This document shows, piece by piece, positions 1 through 10,422 of a stretch of DNA of 64,000 bases. Source of the stretch: a virus; IMG/VR virus record IMGVR_UViG_3300020175_001039, positions 1 through 64,000 of that record. One strand, 5' to 3'. Numbering within the stretch: position 1 is the stretch's first letter; the number at the start of each line of letters is the position of its first letter. The notes beneath the pieces were generated by a model. The model searched no databases and had not been told where the DNA came from. It saw only the letters and a list, made by a program, of their open reading frames with translations. Made by a program: the position numbers and the translations under genes.

Positions 1-266
1 TTTTGCACGATGCCCGTGTCATCTTTAAATTTCTTATTGTATTGTTGGCGCAGGCTTTCCTGTCCCATGTCTTCACTCTGTTTGCATTCTTTGCAATTGG
101 GTAACCATTCTTTTTCTTGTAGTTTGTCCCACTTGGCATGTCTATCTTGCCAGTTGCCATTAAACGGAATATTAGGTACACCGTTAGTATCAAATGCACA
201 ACACGGTCGTACCGCTCCAGTAGGTCCTATTGTTACTCCAGCTTTAAAGATCGAACATCTGGGCAT
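1..266 (-). CDS. Radical SAM protein with N-terminal twitch/SPASM domain (5' part only; runs off window)
   Basis: Read manually: MPRCSIFKAGVTIGPTGAVRPCCAF...WLPNCKECKQSEDMGQESLRQ, the same C...PCC...CxxC...S-x-R N-terminus as other rSAMs here. Not in the ORF track. Confidence 0.8.
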   Translation of the reverse strand, partial: MPRCSIFKAGVTIGPTGAVRPCCAFDTNGVPNIPFNGNWQDRHAKWDKLQEKEWLPNCKECKQSEDMGQESLRQQYNKKFKDDTGIVQ

Positions 267-996
267 AGCCAACGTTTACCTTTCTCTTGAAGTAATCACT
301 TGGATCACCGTCAAGTATCATATGGATACGTGGCTCGTCACTACGATTCCACACAGCATGTTTATAACCTGTATTGATCTTAAACATACTTCCCGGAGTA
401 AATGGCATTGTACCCCAATCTTCCATTACCAAAGCACAGCCATCTGGATTATTGATAGCTACGTTGGTTGCTCCAACCCCACGTATGTTGTCAGTATCTC
501 TATGAGGACCTAACCACCCGCCCGGCAGCACTGCCATAAAACGTACTCTACTAAACGGAGAGTAACGTACTTCGTCCATTAACCATTGTTTAGTTTTTGG
601 AGCAAACTTGGCAATATCAGTCCAATCACTTAGTTCATACTCTGCTTCATCAGGTAGCCCATAGTCCTCTGGAACGTTTGTGTGTACTGAACTCATTCCG
701 TGAATGCACAAACTCATCCATCCGCTACTGTTGGGACGATGCATTGTATAGCAACTGGTGTATAATAGGTGGTTAGCTTCCTCAAAGATATCATTATGTG
801 GCACATCAATCGGCACTGGGATCCAGGGCAAATGGGTATCATCCATAATGACGTCTAAGTCTTCTTCATTAGGGGTTAATAGGCGTAGATCATCCACACC
901 AATTAAACTTTTGTTCTTGTTTTCATTTTCCTCAAAAAAGTGTCTTGTTTCATCACTAACACTTAATTGTTCCATATGTCTGCCTTCATACCACAT
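244..996 (-). CDS. Aspartyl/asparaginyl beta-hydroxylase-like Fe(II)/2OG oxygenase
   Basis: RVRFMAVLPGGWLGPHRD (HxD) ... NTGYKHAVWN...PRIHMI (distal His, 2OG-binding Arg). Confidence 0.8.
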   Translation of the reverse strand: MWYEGRHMEQLSVSDETRHFFEENENKNKSLIGVDDLRLLTPNEEDLDVIMDDTHLPWIPVPIDVPHNDIFEEANHLLYTSCYTMHRPNSSGWMSLCIHGMSSVHTNVPEDYGLPDEAEYELSDWTDIAKFAPKTKQWLMDEVRYSPFSRVRFMAVLPGGWLGPHRDTDNIRGVGATNVAINNPDGCALVMEDWGTMPFTPGSMFKINTGYKHAVWNRSDEPRIHMILDGDPSDYFKRKVNVGYAQMFDL

Positions 997-2444
997 TATA
1001 AAATACCCGGCAACAGTTTCATATCTTGGTACTCATAATATACACCATTTGGAGTATCACCACTAAAGAATACATCTCTATTAGTAGCAATTAAACCGTC
1101 AATTAAACTTACAAAATTAAGCTGGGCTTTGAATCCTCGAGTGTTTAAATAATTAATTTCATATTGCCAAATGTTACTTAATTGAATATGCACAACTTCC
1201 TTGTCTTCAATGCTATCGATAACTGTCTGATAATTTTTAACAATGTCCAATACTTTAAAAAAATGTTTGATTGCACGTATTTTGTCCCACAGTTCCAGCC
1301 ATTCGTCTTCACTCCATTGCTCAAAGAAATCATCTACATTGCCTTGCTGATACCACATGTTGTCATCTTGCCCAAATCCCATGTCGTACAAAATACTTTT
1401 GTTATCCTCAAAGAACTTTGTAAAATTACGTCCATCCCAATTTTCAAGTAAATGTCGAGTCCAAGTAACGCCGTATTCGCTAAAGTCAGTCCATTGTACT
1501 TCTTGAATAGTATCTAAGGCTCCAATAATATGTTGAAATTGGTGTAGCCCACTGCATGGCGCAACCATAAGTGTGATTCCTAGTTTGGGTGTTTGTGGAA
1601 TACTTTCAGTATTTGTGATATATACAATAGCAGTATCCAGTAATTTGTAACTATACAAATCACGCTTGTCTTCACTGACATGAGAATATTTAAAATCAGC
1701 TAGCTCTTGTGGATCATCAAAACTTTCACGGAAGTTTTCATCCAACAACCAAGCTGCTGTCATAGCTACGTCGTCCTCAGGATAACAGCAATACTTGTAT
1801 TCCCTTACACTATAAGGAAAGTTATAAACACGGCAGCCAGCATGTAATGCTGCTGGAATTAAACTATCCATAAAGTCACCTGACCAACCACCTTCAATTT
1901 TAGTGTTTGGTTCAGAATTATTTGGCTCAATGAACACTGGAGTATATTTGCTATTGATTGTTTCTTTACTGCATAACCAAGCTGGATGGTTTTTTAAATG
2001 CCACGTTTCAAATTCAGGACGTCCTATTTCTTTCCATTTTTTTAGATTAACTACAACACATTGTTGATGAAAATGAGGATAATGATTATCTTTTGCAATA
2101 ATATGTCCAGCGCACAACCAATCTCCATTTTCATTCCATTCATCAATTGCTTCCAATAATGCAGTATCAAATTCATCACAGGTTGGCCAACTTCCGTCTG
2201 CCCAAACAATAGCATACTTGAAGTTCATTTCATATGCAAGGTTAATCATATCATAACCATCCATATCACTCCAATTGTCACAATGTAAATGAGGGAAATC
2301 ACTCATATTTTTCATGTTAATTGTTTGAACTTTTTTTAATTTTCCAGCATAATAAGTATTGGCTTTGAGTTCTTCAACTGTAATTTCATTAAATGTAATA
2401 TTAATAGCATTAATATTTGGGTTTAGATTCATATATCCGTTCAT
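996..2444 (-). CDS. Unknown two-domain protein (GT8-like N-terminus, Rossmann-like C-terminus); paralog of 2444-3988
   Basis: 482 aa ORF, TAATG-coupled; CVVVNLKKW resembles GT8 motif; shares blocks with neighbour. Confidence 0.5.
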   Translation of the reverse strand: MNGYMNLNPNINAINITFNEITVEELKANTYYAGKLKKVQTINMKNMSDFPHLHCDNWSDMDGYDMINLAYEMNFKYAIVWADGSWPTCDEFDTALLEAIDEWNENGDWLCAGHIIAKDNHYPHFHQQCVVVNLKKWKEIGRPEFETWHLKNHPAWLCSKETINSKYTPVFIEPNNSEPNTKIEGGWSGDFMDSLIPAALHAGCRVYNFPYSVREYKYCCYPEDDVAMTAAWLLDENFRESFDDPQELADFKYSHVSEDKRDLYSYKLLDTAIVYITNTESIPQTPKLGITLMVAPCSGLHQFQHIIGALDTIQEVQWTDFSEYGVTWTRHLLENWDGRNFTKFFEDNKSILYDMGFGQDDNMWYQQGNVDDFFEQWSEDEWLELWDKIRAIKHFFKVLDIVKNYQTVIDSIEDKEVVHIQLSNIWQYEINYLNTRGFKAQLNFVSLIDGLIATNRDVFFSGDTPNGVYYEYQDMKLLPGIL

Positions 2445-3988
2445 TATTCAAATCCTATATTTTTATTGTCGCCCACTGTTAAAATAGCACTGGCAGGACA
2501 CATAATATCATTATCATTAATATCAGTTCCACTAAACCAACTATCAGCGTGAGTAGTTTTTAATTTTGTAATTAGGCTGATGAAACTACTTTCTAATTGA
2601 AAGGGCTGCGCCAGTAATTTAGGAAGTATGTAACTGTAGATATTACTACTCCACATAAATGTTCTTTTATTATCTAATTTTTTAAACAATTCATCATGTC
2701 CGTTAATCAAATCACATTGCACAACACTTAGATCACAGAAGCTGATTTGTGTCCAAAAATCTCTCCAGCTTTCCGTACCGCCAAATTGATCAACAACAGT
2801 GGGCCACCGTTCTCTCACAAATCCCAAGTCTTGTCCGTATGCGTCTGGATTGCGTTCCATCCATGCCTCTACCCAACCTGGATAATCTGTACCGTCCCAT
2901 TGTTTGAGAGTTTCTCTTTTAAAATTAACACTGTCTGTGTCAAAATCAAAAAATACAAAGTTAGTGAATCCAGGATTCACTCCGTATTTATATGCGTAGT
3001 AAAGTAGCTTGAATCCTGCGCTGGCGCCAGTATAACAATCGAAGTCTGTATTTTCCAGTAGTTCACTGGTTTGGGGTTGACTGGGTTCAGTATTAACAAA
3101 GTACACTGGGCTGGTTGGTGATAGAGCTCTACCAACTAGATTACGGGCTTGGTAACTTACTTGTGTTTTATCAAACTCACCACCCGTGATGCCACTCTCA
3201 AAAGTTTCAGTACCAATGTGTGGCCTAGTGTAGGTTAGTTCGTCCATAAATTTATCACTTAGTCCCCACACATATAAACGTCTGCGGAGAGACCACGCAA
3301 TCCAAGCATTGCCAAACTCGTTCTGCTTTTCAAAGTTGAACTCTTGTGGTGTTACTTCTTTTAGTTCGCCATTGTGATCGTGATCAGATACTTTCCACCA
3401 GTCTTGGTTGCGTTTCTTTTCTCGTTTAATTTCTTCTCGGCGGCGATATTTGTCAATGTTTGTAATACCATATACACTATCTTCCCAATCCTCGTGCATA
3501 GGTTTAACACGATGCCACATTGGGTTACTGCTGGGAATAACATACGGGTTGGGCTGATCAACCTCCATCCACTTGGCAATGTTAATAACAAGAACACTTG
3601 GATTAAACCATGGATAGTAGATAGTATCAATGTTCAGTTGTCCAGCAATGAGCCAATCTCCCTCACTCTCATCGTTAAAACGATCAATCTCTGTTAATAG
3701 AACATCATTATATTCTTCACTGCTAGCCCAGCATCCATCATGCCAAACCACTGCATAGCGGTATCCCATCTTTTGAGCTGCAATAAGCCAGCTGGTGTCA
3801 CTCGGGTTGTACAAATTAACAACGCCGCCTCGCAAATGGTTAATACTTTCCACTTGCTGTAAGATTTGCAGTTTTTGTTTTAATATTGGATTTTTATTTA
3901 ATTGTTGACTGCCGGGAACAAATACGTTCACTACCGGCCACGAATGTTCAGTGTGACTATATGTCCACCCACTTTGCCCGTTATCCAT
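2444..3988 (-). CDS. Unknown two-domain protein (GT8-like N-terminus, Rossmann-like C-terminus); paralog of 996-2444
   Basis: 514 aa; WFNPSVLVINIAKW resembles GT8 FNSGVLLINLxKW; TGASAGFK...FVFFDFD resembles SAM-binding motifs I/II. Confidence 0.5.
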   Translation of the reverse strand: MDNGQSGWTYSHTEHSWPVVNVFVPGSQQLNKNPILKQKLQILQQVESINHLRGGVVNLYNPSDTSWLIAAQKMGYRYAVVWHDGCWASSEEYNDVLLTEIDRFNDESEGDWLIAGQLNIDTIYYPWFNPSVLVINIAKWMEVDQPNPYVIPSSNPMWHRVKPMHEDWEDSVYGITNIDKYRRREEIKREKKRNQDWWKVSDHDHNGELKEVTPQEFNFEKQNEFGNAWIAWSLRRRLYVWGLSDKFMDELTYTRPHIGTETFESGITGGEFDKTQVSYQARNLVGRALSPTSPVYFVNTEPSQPQTSELLENTDFDCYTGASAGFKLLYYAYKYGVNPGFTNFVFFDFDTDSVNFKRETLKQWDGTDYPGWVEAWMERNPDAYGQDLGFVRERWPTVVDQFGGTESWRDFWTQISFCDLSVVQCDLINGHDELFKKLDNKRTFMWSSNIYSYILPKLLAQPFQLESSFISLITKLKTTHADSWFSGTDINDNDIMCPASAILTVGDNKNIGFE

Positions 3989-5210
3989 TTTCTAATCTTT
4001 CGTTTACTTCGTCCATATTTTCCAATGGCATCTTTAAGTATCTTTTAACCATGCCTTTTAACTTGATATCTTGTACATAACGTGCTTCAATGTCACGAGT
4101 ATACTTGCGCATCTTTGCATAGTCTCTGATAGTTTTCTCTGTGTTTTCCAAGTATGTTGCAAAGCGATCCATTTCAGGATGCCTACTTTCAGCATCACGT
4201 AGTTTTTTAATAATTGCTGTTCTGTATTCTCCATGCCAGAGCGCCGGCGATAGATATTTAGGTGTCTGTAGTATATTAGCAGTTATAAATTTAATGTCAA
4301 TCGGAGATTTCCTCCAGAAGTCATAAAACTCTGGCATCTGGAATACATTGTGTGATTGCACTGTAATACCCACTGCTAGATCAATATCAGGCTCGGCATT
4401 TAATACCAGCATATTATTGTATACTGTATCCCAATCCCCATCCTGCCTGATGTAATTGTATACGTCTTCAATACCATCCATACTTACTTTGATATTAACA
4501 TGTTTAAACTGGCGCCAAATTTCCACAAGATCATATTTTTTAAATTTAATGTAGCTGATGTTTGTAGCATACCTAAGTTTAATATTCTTTTTAACATGCT
4601 CTGGAATACCAGCCAATAAGTCATAATGCTCTTGGTTAATAATCGGCTCCCCGCCAGTAAACTGTAGTGTGTGTACATTTTCCCACAAGTCAGGCCATTC
4701 ATTTAAACTAGCAAACAAATCTGTTGGGCGTAGCAAACGTGTCTCATATCCGTCCGATGTGTACTTACTGATGATATCCAAGTCACTTACACGTTTATAG
4801 CTACTGTGAGTACTACACATAATACACTTTAGATTACAGAAGTTACTGACTTTTAACTCCACCCACAATGGCGGATTATTGACACTGTAGTCATCGTTTA
4901 CACTTATGACGTCGCTAAATGTATCCCAGTTGTCTTTTTCCCATTGTTGACGATTGCTTACAATGCCACTGTCCTCGTTGTGCCAACACACTTCACAGCG
5001 TTTTGGTCTTTCTCCGTTGGCCAAAGCTCGTCTTAGTTCTCTATAGTGTTCATTGTTCCAGCTTTCAAGTGCAGACTCGCCAGGATTATTAAGTGGCAAC
5101 TCTTGCGCTTCGCAACACGGAACCATGTCTCCTCCTGCACTACCATAAATGTGCATAAATGGCAACATGCAGAAAGTATCGCTGTTTTTTAGTTTATCTT
5201 TTTCAATCAT
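3981..5210 (-). CDS. Radical SAM protein, N-terminal twitch domain
   Basis: FCMLPF..PCC..CEVC N-term; CNLKCIMC; FTGGEP; start set at ATGA overlap 5210. Confidence 0.9.
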   Translation of the reverse strand: MIEKDKLKNSDTFCMLPFMHIYGSAGGDMVPCCEAQELPLNNPGESALESWNNEHYRELRRALANGERPKRCEVCWHNEDSGIVSNRQQWEKDNWDTFSDVISVNDDYSVNNPPLWVELKVSNFCNLKCIMCSTHSSYKRVSDLDIISKYTSDGYETRLLRPTDLFASLNEWPDLWENVHTLQFTGGEPIINQEHYDLLAGIPEHVKKNIKLRYATNISYIKFKKYDLVEIWRQFKHVNIKVSMDGIEDVYNYIRQDGDWDTVYNNMLVLNAEPDIDLAVGITVQSHNVFQMPEFYDFWRKSPIDIKFITANILQTPKYLSPALWHGEYRTAIIKKLRDAESRHPEMDRFATYLENTEKTIRDYAKMRKYTRDIEARYVQDIKLKGMVKRYLKMPLENMDEVNERLENG

Positions 5211-6424
5211 AGTTGATTGTCTGCTTTCCAAATAATATTTTCATTCTTGGTCCAATCAACTCCTGGAGACTTAAACTCCAATAAATCTTTGAACTTGCGT
5301 ACCTGTCCCATATCAAGCCCACGTAACTTTAATACACGTTTAATTTTGTCCAAATGTTCTATGGCTACATCCTCAACATCATTATGTTCAGTTAGTTTGA
5401 GTAGCAGGTCCTTTGCTGGACGTATTTTTCCTGGTTTAATTGTATCATTAAATTGTGCATTAATAGTGTATCGTAAATTATCTTTAAACCAATCTGGATA
5501 ATGAAGTATACTCATGTAATTGGGTTCATACACTGTTTGCAATATAACATCAATATTTTTAGTTACCTTTGCCCAATACATAAACTCATACATATAAGGT
5601 GCATTAATGGCACCCACTGTTGTTGCAGTAGCAATACTTACTTTATCTGGATATTGTGTTCGCATATCAATCCACTGATCCAATACTTCTTCTACTTTAT
5701 CCCACTTGCTGGGGAAGCGCAGTACATCATTAACAACGCCAATGCTGTCAATGCTTGGACGAATGCGCAATGCTTTGTATTGCAATAGTGCATCGTAGTC
5801 TGCCTTTTTTGGCCACCATGTGCAATTTGTAAATATCTCTATTTCAATATTTGGCGCAACGCCAGCTTCAGCAAGCCTAGTGACAAAACTTAAAAACTGT
5901 CGATGTAGGAATGGCTCACCACCTGTTACTTTAATATGACGCAAACCTTTCAACAAATCAACATTGATGCTATCCAGGTCAAGCTCTTGTACTTCCTTGA
6001 GCTTTTTAATGTATTCTGGAGTTTCCAGTTTCATAGCAAGTGTGTCATCATCCCATGTATGACTAAATTCTGGACCACAGCTCATGCATTTTAAGTTACA
6101 CAATCTCCCCACTGTAATTTCCAAATACTGTAGTTCAACATCGTTAGTAAAGTCATTAAAGAACTCATCTGCTTCGGTTCGCATACTCGAACCTTTGGTT
6201 TCTTCATCAGCTTTGCATTTATAGCAACCAGGATGCCATTCATTGCGCATCATAGTGTCACGTATATCAGCAAATGTTGCACCGTAGGCATCAACAGGTT
6301 CCATGTCAGTACTATCTAAAAATCTATTGTGAAATCTACAACATGGTGTCGCAGGAACACCATGCATAAGCATGGCACCTTTGAAGGGATAAGCACAGGC
6401 ATTTTCAGGTAGTTTCGTTGTCAT
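5207..6424 (-). CDS. Radical SAM protein, N-terminal twitch domain
   Basis: ACAYPF..PCC..CYKC; CNLKCMSC; VTGGEP. Confidence 0.9.
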   Translation of the reverse strand: MTTKLPENACAYPFKGAMLMHGVPATPCCRFHNRFLDSTDMEPVDAYGATFADIRDTMMRNEWHPGCYKCKADEETKGSSMRTEADEFFNDFTNDVELQYLEITVGRLCNLKCMSCGPEFSHTWDDDTLAMKLETPEYIKKLKEVQELDLDSINVDLLKGLRHIKVTGGEPFLHRQFLSFVTRLAEAGVAPNIEIEIFTNCTWWPKKADYDALLQYKALRIRPSIDSIGVVNDVLRFPSKWDKVEEVLDQWIDMRTQYPDKVSIATATTVGAINAPYMYEFMYWAKVTKNIDVILQTVYEPNYMSILHYPDWFKDNLRYTINAQFNDTIKPGKIRPAKDLLLKLTEHNDVEDVAIEHLDKIKRVLKLRGLDMGQVRKFKDLLEFKSPGVDWTKNENIIWKADNQL

Positions 6425-7233
6425 ATTTTGAATAAATCCGTTTCAGGTGGTGGTGTCCATGTGTCTAGGTCCACTATTTCCATATCCAAATGTTGAATCA
6501 ATGATTGAATGAGATTTTTGTTCAAAAAGTTATCGTCCAAGGTACTTTTTACAAAATATATATTTGTCAACAATTGTTTATAAGTTTGCAGATTTAATAA
6601 TTGTTGCAACGGATGATGATGTATACATATTACACCGTCTGACATATAAACAATTGGACTTCCATTAATGGGGTTTACTTCATGATCATTTCCGCCGACG
6701 GTTGTTCGTGTGGCCAGTGACTTTTTGTATGTAATAAGCTGCTGTGATCCTATTGAATAAAAATGCGGCACATCTAACACTGATTTATGATCTGCGGCGA
6801 TTAGAAAAATGTTATTGTGCGGACTAGCGGTGTCATATGTAAAAACTTTGTAAGCTGCATTTAATATTGCCAGATGATCCACTGACCCATCCTCATACTC
6901 ATAATTAAATTCTTTTCTAATAGTTATATCTAATCCCATGCTTTGAGTTAGGCTTCCAATGAGTTTTATTTGTTTAGTAGCCCAATTTTTAGTAACAAAT
7001 CTATAAAAATTTAGATCAGCATGGTGTTGTTTTAATCCGCCAATATTTTCAAATCTTTTTCTCAGTTGATTTACTACATCATCGCTAACTGGACTACCAT
7101 CTGTAATATAGGCATGATAGATTATATTATAACAATTTCCTGTCCAGGTTTCGGATCTTAATTCTTCAGCTGGAGGTATAGATACATTTAGTAGATTTTC
7201 ACTTCTGCCATAATATATTACGATATTATTCAT
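6421..7233 (-). CDS. Hypothetical protein (AT-rich)
   Basis: Long ORF coupled to both neighbours; no motif recognised; ATG at 7233 preferred to upstream TTG. Confidence 0.6.
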   Translation of the reverse strand: MNNIVIYYGRSENLLNVSIPPAEELRSETWTGNCYNIIYHAYITDGSPVSDDVVNQLRKRFENIGGLKQHHADLNFYRFVTKNWATKQIKLIGSLTQSMGLDITIRKEFNYEYEDGSVDHLAILNAAYKVFTYDTASPHNNIFLIAADHKSVLDVPHFYSIGSQQLITYKKSLATRTTVGGNDHEVNPINGSPIVYMSDGVICIHHHPLQQLLNLQTYKQLLTNIYFVKSTLDDNFLNKNLIQSLIQHLDMEIVDLDTWTPPPETDLFKI

Positions 7234-8134
7234 AAAAATTACCTTTTTGTTTATAGCGTTTGATTGCTTTGGCAATGTTTACACGATTAAATGTTCCATC
7301 ACGACTGTAACTATTCCATTCATCAGTCAATGGTGCTTGTGCAACATGCACTGTATTGGTTGGTTGGAAACCATAATGATCACAAACTGCCTTGTGGCTT
7401 TCGCGATATTTTTTAGCAATAGTATCCGGACCAAACTCGCGCATTAGGCAATTGCCAATAGCAACATTTAAATGGATGCCATGTTTCCATTCTGTCTGAA
7501 CACTCAGCGAACCTTCATCAATACGACTGAAGCATATTCCACTACGCCAGTTACCACAGCTGAGTCCTTTAGTAGTACTGAATGCAACCATTTTAATGCA
7601 TGGCTCATCCAGATTAACATCAATATCAAAACATGTTCCGAACCAAGCACAGTCTACTAATACTGGAATATTTTTTTCATTGCATTCGTTGATGAGCCAC
7701 TGCCAACGCTCGGGCTTGCGCCCGCTTCCACTGAAAGGGACACTTACTACTACTGCGTCACCTGTTTTTAATTCAGTATCATCGATATATCTATCCTGTG
7801 TCCAATCGCCCTCGAGCAAAACGTCTCGATTATATGGATACTCGCCACGGAACATACGCAAACGATATCCATTTGCCATACAATAGTAATGCCACCAGTC
7901 TAATGTTTGTGTCACACCCAAACTAATAAAGCGATAAGGGAAAGCATCCAAACCGTCAAAATTATTTAAAAAGCTCTTTTTAATCCATTTGGGGTAATAG
8001 TTCAAATAATATTCTGCTTCTCTGGGCAGGGTACTGGGATCAACATACGGAAAATATTCTTTTTCCAAATATTCCATAAATGGTTGATTCCATACACTAT
8101 TACCAGTTTTAGAAAAATCTTCATTTGTTGACAT
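7226..8134 (-). CDS. PLP-dependent fold-type I enzyme (aminotransferase-like)
   Basis: VLVDCAW (PLP Asp) and FSTTKGL...RSG (Schiff-base Lys) motifs. Confidence 0.7.
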   Translation of the reverse strand: MSTNEDFSKTGNSVWNQPFMEYLEKEYFPYVDPSTLPREAEYYLNYYPKWIKKSFLNNFDGLDAFPYRFISLGVTQTLDWWHYYCMANGYRLRMFRGEYPYNRDVLLEGDWTQDRYIDDTELKTGDAVVVSVPFSGSGRKPERWQWLINECNEKNIPVLVDCAWFGTCFDIDVNLDEPCIKMVAFSTTKGLSCGNWRSGICFSRIDEGSLSVQTEWKHGIHLNVAIGNCLMREFGPDTIAKKYRESHKAVCDHYGFQPTNTVHVAQAPLTDEWNSYSRDGTFNRVNIAKAIKRYKQKGNFYE

Positions 8135-9371
8135 ATTGTTTTACCTCTTGTATATATTCTAACGTATTTGTATTACGAAGTCTATCTAAATCTGATGTAT
8201 ACTGTAAGAAGTGTCTCCAGTTTCGATTTGCTGTCTCAGTATCCACGTGTTGTGCCAAGCCTTTTCGTATATCATCAATACCAGTTTGGTACTCGAATTC
8301 TTCTTTGTGGTAGCTGCCTTCTGGCCAATATGCTTCGCTGGGTATATCAGAAATTGCTTTTAATGCCTGTTGTTTAAGTTCTTCTGGCATGTGTGCAATA
8401 TTTAAATAGCTTGGATTTACAACAACGTTACTCATTGCAATACTTGCTCTTGTTGCATGGTATTTATTAAACCATTCCCACACTGCCGGAAGATTAAATA
8501 TATTTGTAATCATAACAGTAACAGCGAACACCATTTCCAAGTTTTCAATCTCATAGAACTTTTCAATGTTCTCATTGAGTTGTTGCCAACTATGTGGGCC
8601 ACCTCGTACAATGCTGTACAGTTCATCAGTTGCCTCAACACTTACCATTAATTCCACATGCTTAAATTGAGCAAATAAAATACGGAATTCATCATTAAAC
8701 ACAGTTGCGTTAGTTGAAATATCTAACATAATATTGTGACTGAGATTGTTGTCTACAAACCACTGCAAAATCTCTAAACAACGTTCGTCATACAGTGGCT
8801 CACCGCCACGCAGCGCTACCCATTGTAAGTTGCGGAAATATTCTGGATTAGCAAACAAGTTATCCATAAAACTAACTTTGGCACCGTGAAATCCCACAGG
8901 AGTATTTTCCCCATACTCAGGTGCTTCTTTGTTTAACTTCTTGCCGTCTTTTGTCCATGCTGTTGATACAAATGGATTGCAGTGAATACATGCTAGGTTA
9001 CATTTGTTGCTTACTGTAAAATCTAGATAACGAATGTCTGGAATGTCTTCTACTTGTAAATTCTTTGCTTGCACACGCACATCATAGTCAATTTTGTCCC
9101 AGAAAAACATACGCCTACTGCGTCCACTTTTTTCTTTTTTAGCACAGTTTTGGCATACGTCCGGTATTACACGATCACGATGACTGCGACGCAAATCTTT
9201 CATTGCTTCGCCATCAATAATTTCTTTCAGTGTATTTTTATTAATGTTACCTAATTTACCCTTGTAAATAATATCAGGGATAACATTGCCGCCCCATTTG
9301 ATAGTCAGTGCATGCCAAGGAGCCAAACAGGTTGGCATATCAGTTCTATCTAAAAATTTATTTCTATACAT
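8121..9371 (-). CDS. Radical SAM protein, N-terminal twitch domain (PCC replaced by PDI)
   Basis: TCLAPW..IPDII..CQNC; CNLACIHC; LRGGEP. Confidence 0.9.
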   Translation of the reverse strand: MYRNKFLDRTDMPTCLAPWHALTIKWGGNVIPDIIYKGKLGNINKNTLKEIIDGEAMKDLRRSHRDRVIPDVCQNCAKKEKSGRSRRMFFWDKIDYDVRVQAKNLQVEDIPDIRYLDFTVSNKCNLACIHCNPFVSTAWTKDGKKLNKEAPEYGENTPVGFHGAKVSFMDNLFANPEYFRNLQWVALRGGEPLYDERCLEILQWFVDNNLSHNIMLDISTNATVFNDEFRILFAQFKHVELMVSVEATDELYSIVRGGPHSWQQLNENIEKFYEIENLEMVFAVTVMITNIFNLPAVWEWFNKYHATRASIAMSNVVVNPSYLNIAHMPEELKQQALKAISDIPSEAYWPEGSYHKEEFEYQTGIDDIRKGLAQHVDTETANRNWRHFLQYTSDLDRLRNTNTLEYIQEVKQYVNK

Positions 9372-10422
9372 TAAATTTTGCCGCTTCTCCGTTTATTCCA
9401 CATGTTCTCTGACATATGAATAAATCTTTATTTTTAATTCTGGTACTCAGTTTGTTCTGGTACCAATCGTGATTTAAAATATCTAAAAATGAATGATTTT
9501 CTAGATTGTTAAAATCTTTGTCGTCAACTTGGTCATATACTTCCTGTTGCATTGCAAACTCTTTAACACGTATCTTTTCACCAGTAATTGGATCAATAAC
9601 TTTTACATACTGATCTGTTAAACTTTGTGCAGCTATGTGACAACATGGCCAAATCTTGTGCCAGGGATCTAATTGTACTTTAAACGTGTCATACCAAGGG
9701 CAGCCGCTGTCTCTTGTACGATCGATAAACGGTGATTCACTTAAAAATGTTTCATTATCAAAGTCTTGCTTTTGCACATTATTAGTTGTAATCTCGTATT
9801 GTTCATCACCATCACTTACTCTAATATTACTGGCATTACTTTGTCGACTACGGAAAGTAGAAAATCCCATACTCTTTGCTAATGCACGTGCCTCTGTTAG
9901 TTGGTGGCGGTTGTGATCAAATACTGTCATAATCCAGGCGGCCCGTCCGCCGTTTTCAATAAAGGCAGTTGCATTGGCCATTAGCTTTTCATAACTTACT
10001 CGCCGCCTGTATATCTCATGAGTATCATTAAGTCCATCAAATGCAAAATCAACACGATGATATTTAAATGCACTTAAACTTTTTGCTAACCTAGCCCACC
10101 ATTCAGGAGTATGAGTACCACCATTTGTCGCCAAACTAGTAATAATTGTTTCTGGATGACTATTATGCAAAACTGTTAGCATTTCAGGAAGATGCGGATG
10201 CATACCCGGATCGCCCCACATTCCATTAAATGTTATACTATTCACATTGTGATCTTTCAAGTCCTGCGTGAATATTCTTTCCCAGATAGCAGTGTCAAAA
10301 TGATTTAAACTTAGTCCTTCTACTGTTGCGCCGCCAAATTCATTTCGAGTGCATGCGCCGCAACGGGCATTGCAATAGCTGGTTAAGTCTATTTGCATAC
10401 TATCAATTGTTTTCCAATCCAT
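9364..10422 (-). CDS. Radical SPASM/twitch-type radical SAM protein, C-terminal auxiliary domain
   Basis: CNARCGAC; NGMWGDP; C-terminal CPW..PCC..CQRTC. Confidence 0.9.
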   Translation of the reverse strand: MDWKTIDSMQIDLTSYCNARCGACTRNEFGGATVEGLSLNHFDTAIWERIFTQDLKDHNVNSITFNGMWGDPGMHPHLPEMLTVLHNSHPETIITSLATNGGTHTPEWWARLAKSLSAFKYHRVDFAFDGLNDTHEIYRRRVSYEKLMANATAFIENGGRAAWIMTVFDHNRHQLTEARALAKSMGFSTFRSRQSNASNIRVSDGDEQYEITTNNVQKQDFDNETFLSESPFIDRTRDSGCPWYDTFKVQLDPWHKIWPCCHIAAQSLTDQYVKVIDPITGEKIRVKEFAMQQEVYDQVDDKDFNNLENHSFLDILNHDWYQNKLSTRIKNKDLFICQRTCGINGEAAKFNV

